This document shows positions 50,643-58,651 of a DNA stretch of 64,000 bases, in pieces. Source of the DNA: Gammaproteobacteria bacterium (GTDB lineage Bacteria; Pseudomonadota; Gammaproteobacteria; Arenicellales; Poriferihabitantaceae); contig JAALKB010000003.1 in the NCBI GenBank assembly GCA_011088265.1, positions 3,670 through 67,669 on the forward strand, read 5' to 3'. The position numbers were made by a program, and so were the translations under genes. Every line of letters starts with the position of its first letter. Position 1 is the stretch's first letter. Below the pieces are notes generated by a model. That model did not search any database. It was not told the origin of the DNA and saw only the letters and a program-made list of their open reading frames with translations.

Positions 50643-51239
50643 ATGCTGAGCGAAAAGCCCAAACTGATTCTTGCTTCTCAATCCCCTCGAAGGCAATCCC
50701 TACTCAGACAGTTTGATATTCCTTTTGAGATTATTGTGGCTGATATTGATGAAACCCCATTTCGCGACGAACAACCGGATCAAATGACTCTGCGCCTCGC
50801 CAGAGAAAAGGCGTTGGCTGTGTTTAAGAAAGTCGGAGCAGATTATCGAGTACTTGGTGGCGATACCACGGTCACCATAAAAGGAACGATCCTTGGAAAA
50901 CCCAGGAACCGCCAGCATGCCATTGAAATGCTAAAACGACTATCGGGCAATACCCACCTGGTGCATTCGGCTGTTGCCCTGGTCAACCAGGGAATCTGCC
51001 AAACCCGGTTGTGTTCCACTGCGGTCACCTTCTTCGAACTAACTGACAACCAGATTACCAGTTACTGTAACTCTCAGGATCCCTATGACAAAGCCGGTGC
51101 CTATGGTGTCCAAGGACACGCCGGACAGTTTGTTAAGCAACTTGAGGGTAGCTATAGTGGCGTCATGGGTTTACCCCTATGGGAAACTCATCAACTGCTG
51201 CATCAATTCCAGAGTAATATCACCGAAGACCTGAACTAG
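50643..51239 (+). CDS. maf: Maf-family nucleoside triphosphate pyrophosphatase
   Basis: LILASQSPRRQSLL...KAGAYGVQG. Confidence 0.88.
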   Translation: MLSEKPKLILASQSPRRQSLLRQFDIPFEIIVADIDETPFRDEQPDQMTLRLAREKALAVFKKVGADYRVLGGDTTVTIKGTILGKPRNRQHAIEMLKRLSGNTHLVHSAVALVNQGICQTRLCSTAVTFFELTDNQITSYCNSQDPYDKAGAYGVQGHAGQFVKQLEGSYSGVMGLPLWETHQLLHQFQSNITEDLN

Positions 51240-51386
51240 CCAGGGATTTACATCAGAAAAACAACAAACCATCCTGTTAGCCATCAGTCCATATCCAGAT
51301 CTGTTCGGATATGACATATTGATCACCAAAGTCATCTGAAAAAAGTTTAAAAAGTAATTCCAGGGTTCCAGAATTTAGAAAAAAGC

Positions 51387-52871
51387 ATGAATACCAGCAC
51401 TCAAATGACCGAAGAGATATTGATCAATGTTACGCCCCAGGAAACCCGGGTAGCGATGCTTGAAAACGGCATGTTGCAGGAAGTATTTATTGAACGGGAA
51501 AAAAACAGGGAGATCACGGGAAATATTTACCTTGGCATCGTGGTACGAGTATTACCTGGGATGCAAGCGGCTTTTGTCGACATTGGTCTGGAGCGAACGG
51601 CCTTCCTTCATGCCAGAGACCTGATGGAACGACGGGATGAGACAAGTCAATTGCAGCAAAATGATCCCGCAGCCTCCATTGCTTCCCTGGTCCAGGAGGG
51701 ACAACGAATCGTTGTACAAGTTGTAAAGGCACCACTTGGAACCAAAGGAGCACGTTTGACCACGCAAATTAGTATTCCGGCACGTAATATTGTGTATCTC
51801 CCCAATAGTGAATATACCGGTATCTCACAACGCATTAAAGAAACAACGGCACGGGAAAATCTCATAGAGAAACTGACTGAATTCCGTCATGAGCTCAACG
51901 CCAAAGGAGGCTTCATTATTCGAACCGCCGGAGAAAATGCCAGCGATGACGAGATGAAATCAGACATGGTATTTTTACTACGGATCTGGGAGCGAGTACT
52001 TGCCAGAAAAAAATCCAATAAAGCTCCTTTTCAAATTTATAGCAACCTTCCCCTTGCGATGCGCATAGTAAGAGATCTGGTGTGGCAAAATGTTGGGAAA
52101 ATCCGAATTGATTCCAGGGAGACTCTTGATCAGGTAATGGAGTTTAGTCGAGACTTAATACCCGATCAAAGAATCGAACACTATCCCGGAGGTCGTCCTA
52201 TTTTCGACCTTTATGGCGTTGAGGACGAAATTCAAAAAGCGCTTCAAAAACGGGTTCCTCTGAAATCTGGCGGATATCTCATCATTGACCAGACCGAAGC
52301 CATGACCACTATCGATATCAATACCGGCAGTTTCGTCGGCAAAAGGAATCTGGAAGAGACTATTTTCAAAACCAATCTGGAAGCTGCTACCGCACTGGCC
52401 CGACAGCTTCGGGTTAGAAACCTCGGCGGTATTATTATTGTCGATTTTATCGACATGGCGCAGGAGGAACATTGTGACCAGGTGATGCGTACCTTAAGTC
52501 GGGAATTGGAAAAGGACAGTACGAAAACCCAGGTCAGGGATATGACCTCTTTGGGACTGGTCGAGATAACCCGCAAGCGCACCAATGAAAATCTCGAACA
52601 GCTACTGACTGAGCCCTGTCCCTGTTGTTCGGGTCGCGGAATCCAAAAAACTCCGGAAACGGTCTGCTATGAAATATTCAGGGAAATTCTCAGAGAAGCA
52701 AGACAGTTTGATACAGATTCCTATTTGGTAGTCGCTTCCCAATCGGTGATCGAACGACTTCAGGAAGATGAATCTACTGGTATCGCTGATCTACAGGATT
52801 TTATCAAACGCAACATTCAACTTCAGGTTGAACCCACCTACCAACAGCAATATGATGTGGTACTCATGTAG
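51387..52871 (+). CDS. rng: ribonuclease G
   Basis: S1 domain followed by RNase E/G catalytic blocks (IIDQTEAMTTIDINTG, GGIIIVDFIDM). 494 aa. Confidence 0.9.
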   Translation: MNTSTQMTEEILINVTPQETRVAMLENGMLQEVFIEREKNREITGNIYLGIVVRVLPGMQAAFVDIGLERTAFLHARDLMERRDETSQLQQNDPAASIASLVQEGQRIVVQVVKAPLGTKGARLTTQISIPARNIVYLPNSEYTGISQRIKETTARENLIEKLTEFRHELNAKGGFIIRTAGENASDDEMKSDMVFLLRIWERVLARKKSNKAPFQIYSNLPLAMRIVRDLVWQNVGKIRIDSRETLDQVMEFSRDLIPDQRIEHYPGGRPIFDLYGVEDEIQKALQKRVPLKSGGYLIIDQTEAMTTIDINTGSFVGKRNLEETIFKTNLEAATALARQLRVRNLGGIIIVDFIDMAQEEHCDQVMRTLSRELEKDSTKTQVRDMTSLGLVEITRKRTNENLEQLLTEPCPCCSGRGIQKTPETVCYEIFREILREARQFDTDSYLVVASQSVIERLQEDESTGIADLQDFIKRNIQLQVEPTYQQQYDVVLM

Positions 52872-53247
52872 TGCATTACGCAAGTTGTATTCGTCATTTT
52901 TATCTTTTGTTGTCTCTGGGCTACTGGGGCTGAGTCTCCTGGTCTCTAACCATTCTGTTGCATTACAACAACATATCGAGGTCATCACCCAAAACCAATG
53001 GCCCCAATATGTCAATGGAACCAATATACTTGCTCTCCCCCAGGCTTCCCGGATACTGGCGTTGTTTGAAGAAAATGACCAGGCATCCATTTTAATCCTA
53101 TATCCGAGTACAGATATTGGTCAGAGCTGGGGACGGTCGCTGGCAAACTGGTTAGTCAGTTTCGGCATACCCAGCACCCATCTGCAAACCGCTCCATCCA
53201 TTGATAATCTCAATCAGCTAGTGATTACGCTGACCCAGCAGGATTGA
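52852..53247 (+). CDS. hypothetical exported protein
   Basis: Signal-like LSFVVSGLLGLSLLV. The start overlaps the rng stop. No recognised motif. Confidence 0.35.
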   Translation: MMWYSCSALRKLYSSFLSFVVSGLLGLSLLVSNHSVALQQHIEVITQNQWPQYVNGTNILALPQASRILALFEENDQASILILYPSTDIGQSWGRSLANWLVSFGIPSTHLQTAPSIDNLNQLVITLTQQD

Positions 53248-53362
53248 AGAAGGAGAAGAGGAGAAAGGCAGAAGAAAAGAAAAACCCGGGATGCCGGAGA
53301 TACCCAACTCCCCGAATGTTTATTCCTCGAAGAGACTGGGATGAAAATAGAAATCCGGAGGG

Positions 53363-53875
53363 CTAGCCGTTAGCCGCTGCAATCAGGGGTTGGTCAAAAT
53401 CCACTTCAGAATAAGTCTGCCAGTAATAATCCGCTTCCGCCGCGCTCATTTTTCCATAATAGGACATATAGACTTCAGACTGACGCAGCAGAAATGACTT
53501 GTGTTGTTGCTGCCACTGGGTAAAGCACCAGTCGGTCATTTCTGGCGCAGGCATAATTGCTTCGTCGAAAAAGCGAGCCTCCACATCGCCACTCGGAGAG
53601 CGGACAGTACATGGTCTTATTTGGTATTCCTCTCCTTCGAAAAAAATAATACGGTCGAGATGGGCCTGCTCCAACCCAGACAACAACTTCCCATTGGCCA
53701 TGGCCTTTTCGTCTGAAACCAAAACCGGGTAGCTTTCATGGGGTAACGTGGCAACCCGGTAACCAGGAAATTCGGCATCTACCATGGATAAGCCTTCAAT
53801 CTTCTCGCCCAGGACACAATTGATCACGTCCCAATCCATTAGGGAACCAAAACAAAACAGGGGTATGTTATTCAT
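53363..53875 (-). CDS. gamma-glutamylcyclotransferase-like (AIG2/GGCT fold) protein
   Basis: N-terminal LFCFGSLM motif typical of the GGCT-like family. Confidence 0.6.
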   Translation of the reverse strand: MNNIPLFCFGSLMDWDVINCVLGEKIEGLSMVDAEFPGYRVATLPHESYPVLVSDEKAMANGKLLSGLEQAHLDRIIFFEGEEYQIRPCTVRSPSGDVEARFFDEAIMPAPEMTDWCFTQWQQQHKSFLLRQSEVYMSYYGKMSAAEADYYWQTYSEVDFDQPLIAAANG

Positions 53876-54181
53876 GAAGACACCTCCAAATCTGGGAGCT
53901 GGATTGTATGAAAAAAAAGAAAGAATGCAATCACTTTTGTGCTTCCCGGGGCCATTACTTTAAAACCGCAGAGCCAATGGCCTATCACCGGAAAACGCAT
54001 ATCGAGCACTACCCGAACGTTTGGCGAAATATAGGCAAACCGGCCCCGACTCATCTTATCCATGAGAAACGATCTATGAATACGAACATAAGTGATTTGT
54101 ATTTGCTTAAGCCTCTTGAGACTGGTTAAAATTGGCGCTCAATTTTTCAATCAAACTCAATAGTTTTCAAAGGGGATCTTC

Positions 54182-54496
54182 ATGAAAATCACTCAAATTA
54201 TCGCAATTGCAGGTAGTCTTATGCTGACAAGCACCGTGTCTATCGCGGACGGCAAAACTGGCTATGAAGGTAAGTGTGCAGCATGCCATGGCTTTGGTGT
54301 TGCCGGCGCGCCGAAATTGGGAGACGCTGCAGCCTGGAAAGACCGTATCGCTCAAGGCAACGACACACTTTATGACAACGCGATCAATGGTTTTACTGGA
54401 GCTACCGGCGTAATGCCCCCCAAAGGTGGTTTTACCGCGCTTTCGGATGATGAAATAAAAGCCATTGTTGACTATATGGTATCTCAGTCCCAGTAA
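54182..54496 (+). CDS. cytochrome c5-type monohaem cytochrome
   Basis: Signal peptide, CAACHG haem site, and distal MPPKGG. Confidence 0.85.
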   Translation: MKITQIIAIAGSLMLTSTVSIADGKTGYEGKCAACHGFGVAGAPKLGDAAAWKDRIAQGNDTLYDNAINGFTGATGVMPPKGGFTALSDDEIKAIVDYMVSQSQ

Positions 54497-54610
54497 AGCA
54501 TTGGATTAGTGTGGGCCATTCGGTATTAGCAAGCGATATTAGTGGCCGCTACTCATGGTCAGTACTCATGGCCAATAATCAATAATAATGAACTGACTCA
54601 TCCAATCACG

Positions 54611-54636
54611 AAAGCCCGGTTAGCCGGGCTTTTTTG
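54611..54636 (+). terminator. rho-independent terminator
   Basis: aaagcccgg ttag ccgggcttt followed by tttg. Confidence 0.75.
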
Positions 54637-54687
54637 TGAATATACAAAACATCTTTCACGCTCCAAACGAACCGTATTTCCAGAAAA

Positions 54688-55731
54688 GTGGTTTCATCGA
54701 CCCAGACCAGATTCAGCAACGTGATTGGTCGCTATGCACCCAGTCCAACCGGGGAATTGCATCTGGGCAACCTGCGTACCGCACTGACCGCCTGGCTTCA
54801 AATCCGATTGGTGAAGGGCACATTCATCCTTAGGATGGATGATCTGGACCAACCAAGGGTAAAAGAAAATGCAGCAGAAAAAATTATCCATGACCTTAAA
54901 TGGCTAGGCCTTGACTGGGATTTAGGACCTGACAAACCACCCCAGGGTTCTTTTTCCGGTGACCCGGGTTTCGTTCAATCCCAAAGACACCATCACTACC
55001 AGCATGCATTCCAAACCTTGCTGGATCGTGGACAGCTATACCCCTGCGAATGCTCTCGCAAGGATATCGCCATCGCAGCCAGTGCACCCCATGGTCGAGA
55101 TGGGGTGTTGGTATACCCGGGAACCTGCCGTCCAGCGGAACCTTATTTCCATTCTTCAAATCATGAACAGCGAAAAAGGAAGCGTAACTCCCATACCATT
55201 GAGCCGCATGCCATTGATCACATTGCCTGGCGATTTCGGGTTGAGCCCACCGAAATCAATATACTTTTTTTCGACGAAGTAATGGGGTCACAAAGCCAGA
55301 ATCTGTATAAAGAGGTCGGTGATTTCGTCATAAAACGCAAGGATGGCTTGTTCGCCTATCAGTTAGCAAATGTGGTTGATGATGGATTAATGGGCATAAC
55401 AGACGTGGTTCGCGGGGCGGACCTTATCGACTCCACCATTCGTCAAATTGCGCTTTTTGAATCCCTGGGATTCCCAACTCCGCGATTCTGGCATATCCCG
55501 TTACTGTATGATGAGCACAACCAGCCCATGTCAAAAAGGGATGGTTCTCAATCGCTGGGGCAGTGGCGAGGAGACATGGGTGAAAAACAACCAGAAACCA
55601 TGGTCGGTCAATTGGCCTTTTCAATGGGATTGATTGATCGATGTGAGGCATTGTCGGCCAGGGAATTATTGAACAGCCTGACCCCTGAGGTTTTTCGGGA
55701 AAAACTCATTGCAGCGACCGCGACCACCTAA
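54688..55731 (+). CDS. gluQ: glutamyl-Q tRNA(Asp) synthetase
   Basis: GRYAPSPTGELHLGNLRTAL (HIGH-type motif), CECSRKD..GTCR Zn ligands, LFAYQLANVVDD, MSKRDG. The start is GTG 54688 or GTG 54721. Confidence 0.85.
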   Translation: MVSSTQTRFSNVIGRYAPSPTGELHLGNLRTALTAWLQIRLVKGTFILRMDDLDQPRVKENAAEKIIHDLKWLGLDWDLGPDKPPQGSFSGDPGFVQSQRHHHYQHAFQTLLDRGQLYPCECSRKDIAIAASAPHGRDGVLVYPGTCRPAEPYFHSSNHEQRKRKRNSHTIEPHAIDHIAWRFRVEPTEINILFFDEVMGSQSQNLYKEVGDFVIKRKDGLFAYQLANVVDDGLMGITDVVRGADLIDSTIRQIALFESLGFPTPRFWHIPLLYDEHNQPMSKRDGSQSLGQWRGDMGEKQPETMVGQLAFSMGLIDRCEALSARELLNSLTPEVFREKLIAATATT

Positions 55732-55873
55732 CACCTTAAGAATCACTGGATCCTCCACCTGCCTGCGTTCCCCTCTTCCCATCTTATCCTCCAATTGATT
55801 ATAATCACTGAAGATCAGCTTTGTTGCGGATAGAGTTAACCATAACTCTGAGAAGCCCGGAATCTCGCTGATC

Positions 55874-56036
55874 TATTTTCTCGGGGCGGGGTGTAAATCC
55901 CCACCGGCGGTAAGGATGAGCGAAAGCAATTCATCCAAGCCCGCGAGCGCTTTCCCTTTTTTCAAATGGGGAAAGGCCAGCAGATTCGGTGTAAATCCGA
56001 AGCCGACGGTTATAGTCCGGAAGGTAGAGAAACGTA
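55874..56036 (+). promoter_or_regulatory. FMN (RFN) riboswitch
   Basis: ttctcGGGGCGGGGTGtAAATCCCCACCGGCGGTAAg...AGCCCGCGAGCg...GGcCAGCAGATtCGGTGtAAaTCCGaAGCCGACGGTtATAGTCCGGAaGGtAGAGAA matches all conserved RFN blocks. It lies upstream of ribH. Confidence 0.92.
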
Positions 56037-56249
56037 GAAAATCAGCATTGGTATAGTCCATTGATATAATCGATTGGCATGGCCCACTGGCATGATCCAT
56101 TAGATCCAGTCGATAGAGATAGTCGATTAAACGAAAAATGGTAAGCCTGAAAATGGCCCGCTGTTTCATTTTCTGGTCGACATACCCGGCTGGTCCTCTG
56201 TGCTTTCGCCCCTAACTATGGTTTCAGTTCAAAAACTTTACGGGGCTAA

Positions 56250-56741
56250 TTGATGACGACACTCACTCACTGTCATTTACGTCAGGGCAAACGAATCGCC
56301 TTCATCCAGGCCAACTGGCACAAGAAAATTGTGGAACAGGGTCGATTGTCTTTTCAGGCTCAATTACTCGAAGCTGGTATCCATCCATCTCTCATCGATC
56401 TCCTTGACGTCCCGGGCAGTCTGGAAATTCCTCTGCAATGCAAATTACTGGCGAAAACAAATCAATATCAGGTTATTGTTGCTGCAGGTCTGATTGTCGA
56501 CGGCGGAATTTATCGCCATGACTTTGTTGCGTCCACAGTACTGGATGGGATGATGCAGGTATCCTTACAAAGTAAGATTCCGGTCCTCTCCATGGTGTTG
56601 ACGCCTCATCACTTTAATGACCAGTCTCATCATGAATTTTTCCATGACCATTTTAAAATTAAAGGAATGGAAGCGGCCAATGCCTGTATTCAGATGATTA
56701 ACAACGAACACAAAATGGCAGAAATCTATCAGGTGGCCTAA
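56250..56741 (+). CDS. ribH: 6,7-dimethyl-8-ribityllumazine synthase, type II (RibH2-like)
   Basis: IAFIQANWH...DVPGSLEIPL...DGGIYRHDFVA...GMMQV...PVLSMVLTPHHF...HFKIKG closely follows the recalled Brucella RibH2 sequence. Confidence 0.85.
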   Translation: MMTTLTHCHLRQGKRIAFIQANWHKKIVEQGRLSFQAQLLEAGIHPSLIDLLDVPGSLEIPLQCKLLAKTNQYQVIVAAGLIVDGGIYRHDFVASTVLDGMMQVSLQSKIPVLSMVLTPHHFNDQSHHEFFHDHFKIKGMEAANACIQMINNEHKMAEIYQVA

Positions 56742-56800
56742 TTTGGCTTCCAGTGATTCGCTCCATGTTCGTCGGTCCCAACGCAAAAAAGGGCGCCTCG

Positions 56801-57288
56801 TTACTTACGATTAATTCTATCCACCCAGGCCATACCTAGTGCAGAAATGACAAATGTCAGATGGAGTAAGACATACCACATCAATTTGTTATCCTCGACC
56901 TGGTCCGCATTAACAAATTTCTGTAGTAGGTGAATGGAAGAGATGGCAACAATGGAGGCAGCTACCTTCTGTTTTAGGGATCCAGAGTCCAGTTTTCCGA
57001 GCCAGGATAGCTTCTCCACATCTTCATCAATGTCAATACGGGAAACAAAGTTCTCATAGCCACTAAACATCACCATTACCAGTAAACCGCCACTAGCGCC
57101 ATGTCCACCATGGACAGAATTCCGAGCACCAGCTCTGACTCGCTTACGCTAAACACAATGGGTAAAAAGTGAAATACTTCCTGAAAGAACTTAAAGGCGA
57201 GGAGGACTAATGCCAGACTCAAGCCGAGATAAATCGGGGCCAACAGCCAACGACTTGCATAAAACATTTTTTCAACGATTCTTTCCAT
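56801..57288 (-). pseudogene. yqhA: UPF0114/YqhA-family membrane protein, split by a frameshift
   Basis: ORF 57076..57288 ([27 protein letters not shown]...VDMALVA) and ORF 56801..57076 ([12 protein letters not shown]...NKLMWYV) together align to E. coli YqhA. One base appears to be missing near 57087-57093 (expected [11 protein letters not shown]). Confidence 0.8.
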
Positions 57289-57495
57289 ATCTATTTTTGC
57301 ACCTTGGAGATAAAGTTATTTAGCGGCTGTATTCTAAATCATTTGGCAAGTTGTAATCTACGAAACACTTGCCGGTCAGGTTGTTGGCTCAAAATTAGGA
57401 CGGAGGCACAGATTATGGTCTAAACTCTAGTCCTGGTTGCTAGCATCAACCATATTATCCAATAGCCCGATTAATATGAATTCTCGTTTACGTCC

Positions 57496-57957
57496 ATGAA
57501 ACTATTTGTCATTATTCTCATTACCCTGGTACTCCTGTTATGCATCTATTTTGTTCTGCTTTCCGCCACCGCAGATACACCGGAAAGAGGATTACACAAT
57601 GGGGCCTTAAGGCCCTGCTCAAGCAAACCCAATTGCGTTACCAGCGAGGGTGGTGGCGCGAATTCAGCTAATCAGGAAATCACCCCTATTGCGTTTCCTG
57701 ACCCACGGAAATGGGATTCCGTATCAACGATTGTTACCGCCCATGGGGGCATAGTAGTGCAACAGGAGAATCATTATCTAGCGGCAGAATACCGCAGTAG
57801 AATTTTTCGTTTCGTGGATGATTTGGAAATCAGATTTGACGAGGCAAACAAACAGTTGCAAGTGAAATCGGCCTCACGCTCAGGAACATCCGACCTGGGA
57901 GTAAATCGAAAACGAGTGGAGGCGCTTCGGGAATTAATTGCCACAATGGCACAATAG
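57496..57957 (+). CDS. DUF1499 family protein
   Basis: N-terminal anchor followed by the SKPNCVTSEG motif typical of DUF1499. Confidence 0.6.
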   Translation: MKLFVIILITLVLLLCIYFVLLSATADTPERGLHNGALRPCSSKPNCVTSEGGGANSANQEITPIAFPDPRKWDSVSTIVTAHGGIVVQQENHYLAAEYRSRIFRFVDDLEIRFDEANKQLQVKSASRSGTSDLGVNRKRVEALRELIATMAQ

Positions 57958-58062
57958 TAATGGACTTTTCGCCATCTGCTGGTCGTCGTAATAGGGCCTA
58001 TCCAGGATTAAAGCCTCAGAATTAGGGCCCCAGGAGAGGAGTCATGAGACACCTGATCGGCT

Positions 58063-58323
58063 TTATTCTGACTTTCCTGATCCAACCTTTCCTGATCCTG
58101 TCTTTCTCCATTGCAAAGCCAGTGGAATCATAAAATTGAATCCGATGATAATCATCATTAAAGGATAGTCTTCAACCCGGGATTCTTCAGATAGAATATC
58201 CCATCCGGCGAACTGCGCGCCGAGGCCAAGAACAAAAATGGCGAATCCGATGACTCCTAACGCAATAAAAAACGCAGGTATCCCGCTACGACCGGCTGTA
58301 TTGACGAAATCCTTCATTGACAA
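58063..58323 (-). CDS. small 2-TM membrane protein with duplicated GSGK tail
   Basis: Hydrophobic profile. The 3' end contains a 2 x 15-bp tandem (58071-58100) encoding TGSGKVGSGKSE. Confidence 0.4.
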   Translation of the reverse strand: MSMKDFVNTAGRSGIPAFFIALGVIGFAIFVLGLGAQFAGWDILSEESRVEDYPLMMIIIGFNFMIPLALQWRKTGSGKVGSGKSE

Positions 58324-58505
58324 TTCCTAAATTCTCTTAAATTGGTCTTAAATGAGAGAACCTCTGAACAGGTCTTTGAACAGGTCCTGGAATAAGTCTG
58401 AGCGAAATAGATTAGGGTTGCTTATTTCTCATCACTCAAGGTGACCGTTCACAACTTTTACAGAGATTTCTCGGGTACACTATTATACAGATTACGTTAC
58501 GCTTT

Positions 58506-58550
58506 CCTAAAAGCCCCAAGCCTAAAAGTGCTAAGCCTAAAAGTCCCAGG
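58506..58550. repeat. 3 x 15-bp tandem repeat
   Basis: cctaaaagccccaag cctaaaagtgctaag cctaaaagtcccagg, ending 15 nt before ATG 58565. Confidence 0.85.
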
Positions 58551-58651
58551 AAATACTGGTTCCAATGAATATTAATCCCAATGTCGCAAACTGTTCCCCG
58601 GCTCCTATTGCAGAAGCCTGATCATGGAGACTGGGCTGAGATAACAGCAAT

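Noticed and set aside
55873-56169. 98-aa minus-strand ORF.
   Set aside because: It is antisense to an unambiguous FMN riboswitch and has no recognisable motifs.
58619-58639. The in-frame TGA codons might indicate TGA=Trp (genetic code 4) or selenocysteine.
   Set aside because: Many well-supported genes in the window end at TGA at family-appropriate lengths (GST at 2502-2504, LysR at 8471-8473, the AddB-like gene at 18939-18941, hutF at 37789-37791). No SECIS-like hairpin follows either codon. Two Sec codons 18 nt apart in an aminotransferase arm is implausible.
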